DNA of 63,985 nt, filler included, from Sluysia triapertura (Eukaryota), in NCBI GenBank assembly GCA_046118255.1. It is 5 parts of 5 records of this genome, joined end to end, with 100 filler letters (N's around TTAATTAATTAA, not from the genome) between each part and the next. Parts side by side here need not be neighbours in the genome. Positions count along the whole stretch, not along the records: positions 1 to 12,435 come from JBJNIA010109979.1; positions 12,536 to 28,588 come from JBJNIA010211810.1; 3 more parts are not named here. One strand, given 5' to 3'. Of this stretch, positions 1 through 13,810 are shown piece after piece; the first letter of the stretch is position 1; every line of letters begins with the position of its first letter. Made by a program: the position numbers and the translations under genes. Below the pieces are notes generated by a model that did no database searches, had not been told where the DNA came from, and saw nothing but the letters and a program-made list of their open reading frames with translations.

Positions 1-1334
1 TTAGATGTGAATTATGAGAAACCTAAATGTCGTCGAATCAGTGATTTAATGCAAATGGAGAAGTGGCAAGAAGCTCTGAAGAAAGCAAAATTTTGGTGTA
101 ACACTATCAGATACTGCGTGTTAGGATGTATATTCGGTAATAAACAGTTTTCGTTATTTCTTTTATCAGAAGAATCATTTAATTTTCTATCTGATAATTC
201 ATTGTATCGAATTGAACAAAAATTTCGTCTTCCAAATATTCAGTATTTGCCATCTGATTGAAGCAAATGTTTTAATCCAAGTTATAATTATGTATTCATT
301 ATATTGTTTAACTTTTATTTTTTTTATATTAACAAGTTTTGTTGGTTTAGTAAATTTTTTAATCTCATTATTTTCAATTGTTACAGGCCTTAAGCCTATG
401 TTGTTTAAGATAATTTTTAATAAAAATAAAAGTACAAATAATAATAATTGTAAATTTTATAAATTAAATAATTTCTCGCCCTCCACACAATCCTTGACTA
501 AAATAATTTAAAATAATTTTTAAAAAAATTTTAACGTAGTATCTATTATTAATGTTACTAATAATAGACACAATTATGATATAAACCTATGTAGTATAAA
601 AATATCTTAAAATAACATAATAATGATAATGATAGTAACAATAACAATAATATAATGAAAGGACAATAATAATAACGATAATAATAATAATAATAATAAT
701 AAAAAATACCACTCACAAAAGGTCGAATTATTTGATTTAAATAAAGATCACACTTACCGTTATTAACAAAAAATAGTAAAATAAAATGAAAATAATAACA
801 ATTGATTTAATTTTATGAAATAATTTAAAAATGTAATAAATTTGTGTATTTTATTAGATACTTAAAGAATTAAATAAATATTTAGTTCTATTAAATGTAA
901 TTGTGATATTAGTAAATTGAAAAAGATTAAAAATATGAAAATAATTGTCCTTAATATTCTTTAAGTGCTTTAGACATGCCAGTTTAAGAGCATCACAAAA
1001 TAATAATAGTAATAATAATGATAATGGCAATAATAACACATCTCAGAATAAAAAATTATAAAAATAAAAAATTGAGAGATGCAAGAAAAAGACGTTGCGT
1101 CATAATGATGACAGGATGACAATGAACGTTGTGTTTAATAAAATAATTTTTATGAAGCATGTGCAATTTTGTAAGGGTGGGTGATGTTGCGAATAGTATG
1201 GACAAAACTTGTTATAATGCAATTTTTGTGATGAGGTTTGTGTAGATGATTGTTATGATTTATGTGATGTGTAGGTAGGTGTGGACTGGACCACCACACT
1301 TTCATTTCATTTGCACAATATGAATATAAATACC

Positions 1335-2483
1335 CAAACCTTATCTAGTCATCACGTAAGGCAATCCAAGAGCCTTCCACAAACTATTTGATGTGATAAG
1401 AAAATGCATCATATGCTGAAGGGCCTCCTTCGGTCTGGAAAACTTGCCATTTAACAATTCTTTTTTCCTGGCCTCTAAAAATCAATTTAATTGTCTTATG
1501 ATCACTATATCCGCCAGAATATAGTCTATGCCCTCTGACTTTTTAATAGTCGAACAACCATAATCCGCAATCTAGCTTTACATGAAATTTTCCGAGTCGC
1601 TTCTGACAGACTAAGGTTGATAACATGTCTGATGTCCTGCTGTGCCTAAATGGTGGTAAAGCCGACAAACTCGTAAGACTTCTGACATTATGAGGAAAAA
1701 TTCGCCAATAAATCCTTAACCTATTCCGCATTATAAAATCATTGTCAGCTTCGTTTATTGTGAGAAACCATTAAACTTAATGTTAAATGCGACATCCTTG
1801 GCGATTGCGAGGTCACTTTTAATCGGCTTCATAAAGATATATCTAAGGAAATATCCAACAGCAATTTCTGAAAATCCCATGAAGTCCAAGGTCGCTTTGT
1901 CGATTTTTCATGAAAAGTCCTCTATCTGGTCGTCCTTTTCCCCCATAAGTAGGAAACCATTGTTGGACTGCAGCCAGGAATAATATCCTGAAACTTAATT
2001 TTTGTTCCCAAAACATTCGACTTAATCTTCCTCTTACCTGTCGTTGATGCGGCTTCGCCCACATACCATCACTGGCCGTACAGTAAATGTTAAATTAAAA
2101 CAAATGGGCTTCTCGGTCAAGAAAGATACACAAACCCTTCCAGTTGGAGATTATAGGCGACCTGATATTCAAGCACAAGTACTAATTCTTCGCAACTACT
2201 TCTCATAGACATCAAATCCCTTATTGATGATTTGGTGGCAGTCCGAAGATTTAGTACTACCAAGTATTCTTACCTGAGGCAAAAACTCAAAGACCAACTA
2301 AAATGTTCCGTCTCCATAAACACACTGGTAGTTTGAGTTCTTGGTTCTTGGGATCCAGAAAATCATTCTGTCCTTAAAAAGTTAGGTTTCCATAAAACTG
2401 ATATTACTGGTTTGGCACGCCAGTGCATCAAGCTATCCCTAGAATCTTCCTTTAATATCTATAAGGATCATTTCCTTCAATAA
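1335..2483 (+). mobile_element. Decayed 3' part of an RLE-type non-LTR retrotransposon (NeSL/Utopia/R2-like)
   Basis: Manual translation gives ARNNIL...TCR*CGFAH (CCHC knuckle remnant), RRPDI, LLIDIK, KY, LVV*VLGSWDPENHSVLKKLG and SFNIYKDH, ending at TAA 2481-2483. These are restriction-like endonuclease motifs, broken by many stops and frameshifts. The 5' limit is approximate. Confidence 0.85.
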
Positions 2484-3236
2484 GTTATCTTACTTTAGGT
2501 TTCCTTTTCTTTTTGTGGTGGATAATATTGTGTTTTTACGTTTTCTCCCTTTATACACTAATAAAATCCTTTGAATTTTCCAGTATGACAACAACCATAA
2601 TTATCTCTTCATTCTTTATGAATGTTTGTAAATCTTTCCATTTTTAAATTATTCCAATTTTTTATGAATGCTTGCTATATCTCATGTTAAATGTAACAGT
2701 ATTGTTTGTTATAATAATACTTTGACTTCCTTTTTTTCCTTTTTGACTTATATATTTCCTTTTCAATACATTTTAACTATATTGCTCTTTATGAATGTTT
2801 ATACACAATCTTGAACGCACTTCAATCAGCAGCAACAATAGAATCACTATGGACAATATATTTGTGATCCTGGACCAAACATTCTTATTTACATTTATTT
2901 TGATTCCTTACATATATTTATGTAATTATTGTTCATATTTCTACTAGACGTATAAATACTTGTCATAATTTTAAAAAACATCGCAATGCACTACTGTGAA
3001 ACAAAAGGTTCCATTCAGTCCATTTTATGAAGACCAACAATTAGTTTGTCTCTAATTCAATATTTTACTACCTAATCAATTTAATTCTATAATAACTATA
3101 TTCATTGAATCTTAAACACTTAATAAATGTTTCTACATTCTTCATGTTTACAGTGATACAATATTAAATCAATTCGAGTACATATTTCCACTATATTCGT
3201 TGCATATATGTTAATAAATCTTCGTATCACTTAAAC

Positions 3237-3380
3237 ATTAAAATTTATATGAAAGTTTTAGAAAGTTTTATTGAGTATAATTATTTTTGATATTTCCGTA
3301 ATATTGATTAAAATTTATATGAAAGTTTTAGAAAGTTTTATTGAATATAACAAGTTTTGATATTTCCGTAATATTGATTA
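3237..3380. repeat. Tandem duplication of a ~70-bp unit (2 copies)
   Basis: attaaaatttatatgaaagttttagaaagttttattga...ttttgatatttccgtaatattg occurs twice, head to tail. Confidence 0.9.
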
Positions 3381-3484
3381 TATTATGAGTGACAATAGTT
3401 TAATATTAGATTTGAAAAATAAGTTGTTATTTAGAAATGTAATTAGAATATATTATAATTAATATATATTACCAATATTGAACT

Positions 3485-3941
3485 TTAACCCTTTGAATAC
3501 GCTTGTCGTCAATAAGCGATCTGATGAATTGCTACAGGAACGGGTATCCGCTTATCTATGTTATGAATATCTGATTTCATTTAGACATACAGGACCATAG
3601 AAACTCACATAATTTATTATTATTTGGTCTTATTATAAAGAATTATTTCCATTTTATACCTAAAATAAGTATTGAGAAACAGTTCAAATATGAAGTTCAA
3701 CTTATGGAAGAAGGAGGACTAATATATTTTAGAGGCAAAAATATGAATTATAAAAATAAGTCGAATTTCTATTATGTACCAAAAATAACTTAAGAAAATT
3801 GTAAGATCTCAACTTACAGAAGAATGTGTTTAATTTTATTCTTGCTAAAATATTGCTCTAAAACACATTTTATTTTTATTTTTTGCTTTTTTATGTTAAA
3901 TATTTATCCTATTAAATATTTATCCGTGGTTAAAGAGTTAA
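3485..3941. mobile_element. Putative TTAA-flanked (piggyBac-like) MITE with decayed TIRs
   Basis: Left end TTAA-ccctttgaatacg; right end cgtggttaaagag-TTAA. The inverted ends match at 9/13 positions. Confidence 0.45.
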
Positions 3942-4545
3942 TTATAAATATAAATATAATAATAATGTACAATATTTAATTATATTATTAATTTAAGCTT
4001 AACTTAGATTTGCCACCTCTTATTTATCATCTAACATCATTTTAAAATTTTAAATAATTTAAACAAAATATTACTGAAATGAAGTTTCAAATACAATAGC
4101 TAGGAAATGAAAAAAGAAATATATCAAAAAATGCATTTAATCTTAGAAGAAAATAAATGAATGTGGAATATATATCTTACAATTTTTATAAAATAGAAAT
4201 GGAAAATGAATATATAAATTAATAAATTATGACTAGACTTGTAAAATAAAATTAATTATTATATAGAAAAAAATGGCCATATGAATAGAGTTTAATAAGA
4301 ACATTTAAGTCAAAAAAACCATATGGTTTTCATGGTAAATGGAGTTTTATAATATGAACACACTGTTTATTTTGAACAATGAACAATAATTAGTGTAAAA
4401 TAAATTAATAATTTCTCCATTTTTTTGTTCAAATATTCATTTTTAACGGTCTTTTATGAACATGAAAAATACAAATCCAAAACAAAAGAGAAAGGATTTA
4501 AGCATCAAAGAAATTGTTTAAATTATTTTAAATTGTTTAAATTGT

Positions 4546-5045
4546 TATCAAGTTCATTCCATCCTGTATGAATGGTTCCAGATTCAGAGAACAAGAAATA
4601 TCAGTATCATTGGTGACATATTGCAACAGAAGGCATTAGAATTGGCCGAGCACTTAGAAAATCATGATTTTAAAGCTTAATTGTTTTCTTTCCAGATATG
4701 ATATCGTCCAACAGGATTATTGGAGAATTCTTAATTTTAAAGAATTGTACACGTCAAAGTTAAAATAATATGAAATATAAATGTTTCTTATTGTGACAAA
4801 ACCGTACTATTCTGGAAATGTTCATTTGTTTATTTGTTTATGTAATAGTAATTTTAAATATGATTGAAGACACATTGAATCCTGATATTCTTATGAAATA
4901 AATATGACAGAAACAGATAATTATAAAGATGTATAAACGAAAAACTTTAATAAAGCAAACAGTATATTTATGAGAAGAAATGTATAGATTTACAACCTGA
5001 TTGTGCCTGCAATGACTAGATTCCATTGAAAATGCCTAGATTTAT
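4546..5045 (+). mobile_element. Tigger/pogo transposase remnant (CENP-B HTH plus DDE fragments)
   Basis: LYEWFQIQRTRNISIIGDILQQKALELAEHLENHDFKA* is a typical HTH-CENPB pattern. Downstream CDKTVLFWK resembles the NxDETGLFWK motif. Confidence 0.8.
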
Positions 5046-7452
5046 AACGTTGCATCAAAGTCTAAAATGTGTATCTAAAAATAATTTTATGTGAATTAGT
5101 ATGTCAAATAATATATGTGCTAAAAATAGTTTTAATATAATTCTAAAAATAAAATGTTAATTTAATCGATAATTCATTAAATAAAATTGGTATTATTATT
5201 ATTATTATTATTATTATTGTGACGTTTTATTATTAGTAGTAGTAACAAAGTGCGTTTTATTACCATTTATTGATTTTTAATAACAATATTATTGATTTAT
5301 ATTTTTAATTGGTTTTTATTTATGTTGGCAAACAATTGATTTATATTTTTGGAAATATTTTAAAATAAACTAACATAAGTATTTACTAATTTATAAAATA
5401 TTAATTAAATAGTATAATATTTTAAAATATCATTTGTTTTAAATTTTGAAAAAATTATTTCGTTTTAATAAAGACTAAGGACATTGCAAAAAAGAAACAT
5501 GTAAATACATATAAAAAATTCACTAATCACAGAAGAAAAATTTTAAACTGCAACATTTGTAATAGAGTTTTTATTGTGCAAGAACGCATTAACAATCCAA
5601 GGCTTATCAACTCTCTTAAGGAAAACTATTTCTCATTTTTCGAAGAGATACACGACCAATCAAAAGCTTACTAAAGGATTTTCTATTTGTAGAATCATTT
5701 AAAGAAAGCATTAGTTTATTTTATAGGATTAGATACTTATAATATCATACGTAAACTATACTTAAATTCTATTTTATAAAGATTTTGGAAACCTTATAAC
5801 GGTTTCTACGTAAAATATATTTAAACTCTCCTTTTTTAAAATTAACTTGACATAATAGTTAATTAGTATAAAATCCCTATTTATAACTATTGAATTACTG
5901 TATTTTAATTAAACTGTGAATATATAATTATTTAAAAAGAAGTTTTTTGTTTTTGAATAATAAACAACTTTTATAGTTTCAAAATCATAAAATGGCCCTT
6001 GCATCAAAGTTTTATCAGAATTTAATTCTGATCTCGCAAAATCAATTGATATAAATCCTTTTCATATGATTCTCTCAAAGTCGCATTATAACATTATAGC
6101 AATTTCAATAACCTCCAGATTGCATCAAGTTAAAAAAATTTTACGTCTAAGCTAGTAAGTACTAAGCAGTCTTTAATCGTCAAATAAAACTCGTTTGTCT
6201 ACAATCCAACGGCTAGCCCTAACAAGTAAGCCTAGGACTCATCTATAAGGTTGCTTGATTCTGTTAGTGTAAGATTACGAAAAAATCACGGCAGTATTAT
6301 TATAGGTGTTATTATTATTAATATTATTATCGGTATTATTATTTAATTGAAATTAATTTTTTTCTTAATTATTTTAATTTTCTAAATGTATGTCAAGGAC
6401 ACCCAAAAAAATATATATACTAGCCGACATAACATACAATCACAATTCGTGTACACCAGTTATTTAACACAATTCATTTGCTCAAGCTATTTGACACAAT
6501 TGGTAACGCAGTTTTTTAACACAAGCTATTTTAACACAAGCTACGTAGTTATTCTAATGGAGTTTCCTGTTTTTCAACGATTGTCTTGTTAAAAAGATCG
6601 TTAGTTTGATTAATTTAAGTTTTTTCTATTTTAATAGAAAGTACAATTTTACGTAAACTACTTTTCTTAAATTTCTGTCATCCCTTTGTAGAGGCGTGAA
6701 AGCATTTTATAAATTTAATATTGAAAGATTATATATTAATCTTGTTTAAACTTTTATTTTATTATGATATGTTTGTCAAATTATTATTAACGATTGTAAA
6801 TTGCTATAATATACTTTATTAAATTTGTTTAACTCTTATTTATTTTGTTGCCTAAAGTAGGGTTGCCGATTTTAATCGGACGCAAAATACAGGAAAATAT
6901 GAACTAGAAAAGTAATTTGTAATTAAGGTCACCGTTTTTGATATACGGTTGTAAATTTTACTTAAAATAATGGTTTGAGTTTTTGAGAATATTTGATAAA
7001 ATTTGAGATTGAAATATAATAATTGATAAAATTCGTATTCGTATAAAATTCTGAAAGGACTAAAATAAATACTATATAAGCCACGGTAAATCTTGCTATA
7101 CATAATTGACACAAGACAAACGTACTTGTACCTCCATATAAGTTCTTCTAAAATACTGCTTACAACTTAGCCCTTAAATGAGTAAGTCTAAGATTGTAAG
7201 AGATTCACAGCATAAGAAAATAAAATTTAAGCAAAAACTTAGCATTAGCATAACCTATCGGGATTATTAGGTGATCGACATTTCTTGACTGTCATCTTGA
7301 GTGAGCCTTGATTCACTTTATTGTTTTCACTCATTCAATCACTGTGTGATAAACCGCTTCTTCTTAAGTTTGTATTCAACAGAAATTTGAAAAACTAAAA
7401 TTATTTTTAAACAAAAAATTCTTAAGTAGAAAAATATCTTCTGTATAGAAGA

Positions 7453-8020
7453 TTAAGAAATGCAAAGATGTATATTCATCAACGTTAACAAACTCATCAT
7501 CATCGAGCATTTATTCGTTGTTGCCGTGGTTATTGTCTTCATTAACTTCCGATAGATACCTTTCAACGAAAGCTTCACCATATATATGTCAATAAGAATA
7601 ATTTGCAGAAAATCCTGCTGCATTGATTGATCTTTGGGATTACCTGCTCTTGTGTACTGAACGGAATTCGAATTCTTCCACTTTTCTAAAACTGAATCCT
7701 TAAATTCCTTATTCACTCCAATATCGCCCGCTTGAAGATATGATGTGAATCTTTTGCAAAATACAATTAGCGGACTCCACCTACTATTTGATCTCACCTA
7801 CTATTATAATACAAGGTGTAAAAAATTTTTAAAATCCACCTACAATTTGTTACACCTACCATTTGATGTCCACATACTATTTGATGTTTTCTGTTATGAA
7901 CGAGGTCTTGAAAATTCTTTATATTTTACTAAGAACTACACAACTTAATCTATAAAAAGTGTTTTCAAAAGGTCAGTTAACTTTGGAAATCGTAATCGGA
8001 CACTGATTTCTGGACCTAGC
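7453..8020 (-). mobile_element. pogo-like DDE transposase remnant
   Basis: TSYLQAGDIGVNKEFK matches TSxLQPxDxGVNxxFK, followed by YTRAGNPK. It is internally deleted and frameshifted. Confidence 0.75.
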
Positions 8021-8489
8021 GAGACAATATTATAATTTTAATTTCTACTTGCTATATTTAAAATTATTTAAAATTTGAACTGTATTTTATAATCAAAATT
8101 ACGAACAAAGTTTCATAAACTTCATTCTGAAAAAATTAGGTTAATATAAGAATAATATGAAAGTTTTGAGTAGCATCTTATCAATTCTTGATAATAGCAA
8201 TGTTATATTTATTTTATGACAATAAATTATTAATGTTTATATTTTGATTTAAAAAATATATTTTTTAAATTTTTATTTCTTTTGTTATATCGCCTATTAT
8301 CCTCTCATTGACAAATGATAGTGGTGATAAGTTAAAGTTTAATTTGAAATTGATAAAAATTGATTAATTAAGTATGGATTTCTATTATTTCATAAATTTG
8401 GGTCTTTTTGATAAGTTTATTCCTTGCTAGTTCAGCCAATCTGATTAGTTTAACAATAAAGATTTTTTCTTCCACATCTTCTACACTTT

Positions 8490-8628
8490 ATTATTGCTGC
8501 TGAGGTAAAGGCGTAAAGTACCATTTAGAATAATGATATTATAATTGACTATAATAAAATAAAATTGTTAGATGGGGCTGATAACTGAGTGGTCATAACA
8601 TCGAACTGCGCAGCTATGAAGTCTAACA
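8490..8628 (+). repeat. Degenerate copy of a dispersed repeat containing a tRNA-like module (T-arm deleted)
   Basis: It aligns with the reverse complement of 34045-34210 over the upstream flank (ttgactataataaa...), the tRNA 5' half (ggggctgata...catcgaactgcgcagcta) and the downstream ctatgaagtctaaca. Confidence 0.8.
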
Positions 8629-10110
8629 CTGCTTCTACGAATAAAATTTCTCTGGATCAGAATCAGTAATGTGAGCTGTAATCTGTACTTAATGGTGCTT
8701 CAAGATTTATAAAATGACAGTTATAAACCAATAGATATCAAGACTAAATATAAAAATATTTCAAAGACAATGATTTATCAACCATTGTACCAATTACATA
8801 GAATGGCGTTCTGAATACACTGAATATGATGACTACCTTAGTTCAATCAGCTTCTTTATTTAAATTTCAGTATATTTATAGATAATTTATATTAATTATA
8901 TTAATGTAACTTTGCGGGTATTTTGTTTTATAACTTCTGTAACTTAATAATTTCAATTCGACAGAATTATTCTTTTATCGGAAACAATTTACCTATAAAA
9001 AATCCACAAATATTTAGAATTAATTCATTTATTTATATTTTAACAACAATAAAACTAAACGACTAAGTTAAGTTCTAAAAAACGAAAAAATCAAATATAA
9101 AAATAATATCAGTGAATAATCAATTAAATAGCTGCATCAACTGAGCGATTACAAAGATGAACCTACTTAATTCAAAAGTATACCATTAAAACTTTTTCTT
9201 AATCCTTTCTGAATTTATTACGACTTTGGCTGTCAGTAAATCGGATGTAAATTAAATGGAAGAAGTTGATCTATATTTTAATATTCACAATATTGAATAA
9301 GGTATTATAATTGAATTGGGTGATTAAATTGAGATTTACAGTTGAAATTCATTAGTTTTATATCGATTTCTATCCAACCAAATTTAATGTTAATTTCATT
9401 AATGGCAATAAAATTATTATTATTATTATAAACCTATTTACTCATTTTTGTATGTAACATTAGAAATTTTATCTAAAAAATTATTTTTAATTATATCACT
9501 TTTATTATCTACTTACATTAAAAGTAGATAATATTTTGTAATTTAAATTTATTTATTATTATTTCTCTAGACGCGGTTGTGAAGTGAATCAAACATTTTA
9601 TTAATTTATTAACTTTACATGTTCATAAGATTTATAAGATAAAACTTTGTCGCTTATAGATAAAAAAATAACAGTGATAATTGTGACAATTACAGATGTA
9701 TATTTTGATATTAGCTAGTGAAAATCTACCATATATGTTTGTAAATTTTTATAATGGTCCGATTCTTAAATATCGTGTCCTTTTTAATATGTCTGTGTTA
9801 ATAAAAAGGATGTGTATGTTTTATAAATCTTAGAAATGTTTCAAACCCTTTTAGATAGATTCTTTATATTTTATTAACATAAGAAAACAGAAAAAATTTA
9901 AGAGAAATTTAATTTAATTTTTAATTCTTAATATCATTTTGCCAATATCATAATAATAGCAAAAATAAATTCTTTGTCCGAATAAATGATTATGCTTTGA
10001 TTGCCGTTTAGAATGAGTGCTTTATCTGTTAATTTTCATTTGGCGTTGCACAATTTTTAGCAAGAACTGGAACATGGAACAGCAGGCAGAACAATTGTTC
10101 GTTGACTGAT

Positions 10111-10690
10111 TTATGGATACCGGGAGAATATATGGTTAATATAAATTCGATGAGACATTTTAGGCATTCTAAGAGAAATGTCAACTAGCAATTTGTTTAT
10201 TGACGATTTATTGAATTTGAAGGTTTTAAGGATACTACTGTTATCAGGGTTCACTGTGCCAATAACCGCGAAAATTAAAGTGGAGATTTTGACCTTACAC
10301 CTGACGATTTTTTGCCAAGATTTTGGGAGAATGGTGAATATTTCGCACAGTTTTCCTTGCGAATATCTGAGTAAGTCTCGATTTTATCAAACAGTGCTTT
10401 AACATCAATAAGAAAGTAGCAAAAATTGTACCAAAATAGTAAATCAGGCCGTTGGCGTTTGATGTGATCAGAAACATCGGATCGGTTAGAAAAGAGGGAG
10501 CATTGAGCATCGCTGTTAGCGTCAATGCCATTATCTCTGAAGAGTGAAGCGACAAATCCAAGTGCTAGGTTGTGACGCAAGGTAGTAAGGCTGGAGTTTC
10601 AAGGGCAGTGGTTAAGGACGTGAGGTACATTGCCGACAGTTAGTGGGAAGATTTGCTTTTAAGTTTCTCGCAGCGAAATTTGGATACTGT
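10111..10690 (-). mobile_element. Second, divergent RLE-type non-LTR retrotransposon 3' remnant
   Basis: CRQC..PHVLNHCP zinc knuckle, RHN, RPDL, FLIDVK, KY, IGTVNPDN and C-terminal SHRIYINH. It is frameshifted. Confidence 0.85.
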
Positions 10691-12435
10691 AGTTAATTTA
10701 ATATGAATTCTTAGATCTAGTGAATACTTTTACTTCTGAAAAAGGTTTTCCTATTTAAATTGCGTAAATCAAATTCCCAATAATCCAACTTTATAAATTG
10801 TTTTTCATTTACATCAACATTAAGTTTATTTGTATTCATTTATCATTTCTATTTTATTAACATCTCGATTATTTTTATTTTACCTGTTTGTTTGACCCGT
10901 GGAATTTTGTGCTAATTAAGTATTCTCAACTACATTTTTGATATCCTACTCTTATCTTTTTTGAAGAATTTATTTTACAAACTTCAAAGTTTAACAGGTG
11001 TGCTAAAGTTCCAGTTACAATTTTTATTGTAATTTATATTTTTAATTTTTAGATTTAAGTCTCACAAAACATATAAATAATAATACTTATTATTATTACT
11101 ATAAACATTTTTTATTAAAATATTGAATTAGGAATCATGTTTCGATATCTAATAATACATAAATAAACAAAGTTTTCAAATAATTACTAAATAATTAATA
11201 ATAATAATAACAATAATTTCTATTTCCAGAATATTAATTTATAAAAATATCAAAATAATATTCAAAACTAAAACTTCTTAATTTTAATGAAACATATTTC
11301 TGAGACATTACACATAAATATGAACACTAAAAATGCTAATAAAATCAAATCTAGTGTAATACTTAAATTTAGAAAAAGTACTTTTATATGAAATGTACTT
11401 TTTTAATACATTACATGCCATGTCATTCATATATGCATGACAGTTAAAAGGAATTTAAAAAATACATCTAAAGTTAATAAAATTATAAGCGAAATTAATT
11501 AAATCATACCTTTAAAAATAAATCTATCACGTGACAATTTTTTATATGTCATATATCAACAGTTAAATGAGATATTCTGATTTTTCTTCATAAGAAATCA
11601 TATTAACTCATTTTCTGGTTTTATGAGATAGAGATTATAACAGAATATAGAATGTCTAGGAAATATGTACTGAAATGGCTCCATATAGAAGTTATATAGA
11701 AGTTATACGAAAATGTTAAATAGAATGATAAAATGATGTACTACAGTTGATATTAGAATTTCTAATGAACTGAAATTAAACCTGATCGATATTCTGGAAT
11801 ATAGAACAATTTCATTTATGTAACTTGAAAAACTTATAATAAGACTATCACTATTACGAATCATTACAATAACTTGAACGGTATTGAGTTTGAACTTATA
11901 TTTTTGAACGTATCTGTGATATATGTTAAAATAATCATTGATAGCTTTCTGACAAAGATTTTTACTTATGAGTTGCATTCTTAACATTACTTGAAATGTA
12001 GGACTAGTGCCATAATTTAATTCCGTTAACTAACTTCATACAATATCCACTTTATGCTCACTATTATATTTATATTGATTAAAAAATATTGATTTATAAT
12101 ACCGTCCTTTAAAACGATCTTAAAATTCAATAATTCCAACTATAACGACATTATTTAGATACTAAATTTAAATTATTAATGATCCAATATGACGAGTTAT
12201 GATTTCTCAGTAAAAACTAACACTTTTGTCTTTTATTGAATTAATTTAATACAATAAATTAATAAAGTTTGCTCCAATGAAATATGAATTGGCAGCTAAC
12301 ATAGAAAATTCAGATTTCATTGGTTTGCCAGTACAAATTTTAATTAAATTAATTTGCTACAATTGTGACAATATTAATAATTATGAGGCTTGGATTTGGC
12401 AATTAGCTTTATTATTATTATTATTATTATTATTA

Positions 12436-12535
12436 NNNNNNNNNNNNNNNNNNNNNNNNNNNNNNNNNNNNNNNNNNNNTTAATTAATTAANNNNNNNNN
12501 NNNNNNNNNNNNNNNNNNNNNNNNNNNNNNNNNNN
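12436..12535. other. Artificial scaffold-joining linker (N44-TTAATTAATTAA-N44)
   Basis: Six-frame stop linker in a 100-bp N block. The same structure recurs three more times. Confidence 0.97.
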
Positions 12536-13810
12536 TATTATTATAATTTATATAATCTGACTGTAGTTTTGATATTATATCAAATATACTGAGGTTTTGA
12601 GTTTATTCAATTATTGATTTTTGATTTAATAGTCTGGGAAGGTTAAAAAATATTAAAAGACACAACAATACCATATTTGTCCAGTCTGTAGAAACTATTG
12701 CATAATTCCGATCAATAAACCGCTTGCAGTAACGCAACATCAAATTCAAATTTCTGGGGCTTCTACATCAACAATTAATACTCCGATTCCAGCTAAATTA
12801 ATTTTTTCAAATTTACAACACCAGTTCAAATAACAATAACAATTGCATCACCGATATTGATAACATAATCGACAAAAGTGATGACGAAAGTGATAGCAAA
12901 ATTATACAAAGTCATAATTATTGTGAAAATAGTGTTACTACACAACATACTCATTCATTCACTTTCACATCTAATAATTGTACTAGTCCAATATTTTTGG
13001 CTACTACTAACAATATCAACAATTTCCATATCATATCTACACATAATCAAGCTCCACTATCTTTAAGTCGACAGTTAAGAACATCAAATAATTCAAATAT
13101 TATGAGTGGCTTTGTTAAACGAGATAATACCGTGATAGGTCATCAGTTCACACAGTCACCTATAATTCATTATCACGGTCAACGGAACAATTAAAACAGA
13201 CATGCAGTGATATCCCATCTCCTATCAATACAGACGATAAACCAGATATACTAGTCATAATCATAGTTCCCACCTGGTGGATTTTGATCTTAGGTCTTGA
13301 ATTTGATGATATTCCTTTGGAATGAACTATTTAACACTGATTTCACATTTGATATTTTATGCGCACTCATTCAACTACCAAACTGTAAACAAGATTTATA
13401 GAGTAAATGTAATTGATTATTGAACATTAACTAACCTCATTTATTACGTTTCATAAATTATTATAAACATTAAATATAAAATATTCAGATTATTTATTCC
13501 ATTATTATTTACATTTACATATCTACTTTGTTATTTTAATTATAAGAATTTGTCATACTAAAACTTTTATATTAAAGTACCTTTATCACAAAATCTATCT
13601 AATATTGATTTATAAAATGTAATTATATTAAGTAACTTCCTAAGATTATTAAGAAATGTTTATAAAATTCTTTTTGCCTAAAATATTGAAAATTTCAAAA
13701 GATAGCAACGTAGAATTTCTTAATTTAAATTTTCAATATTTATTCTCTACCAAATTTAGAAACATAAATAAGTCTAGTTATTAAAAAGAATTAATTAAAA
13801 ATGCGGGTCA

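Noticed and set aside
5-261. Exon-like ORF at window start
   Set aside because: No recognisable homology and the boundaries cannot be supported.
12480-12491. Recurring palindrome TTAATTAATTAA as a biological motif
   Set aside because: It is always centred in N blocks, so it is an assembly linker.
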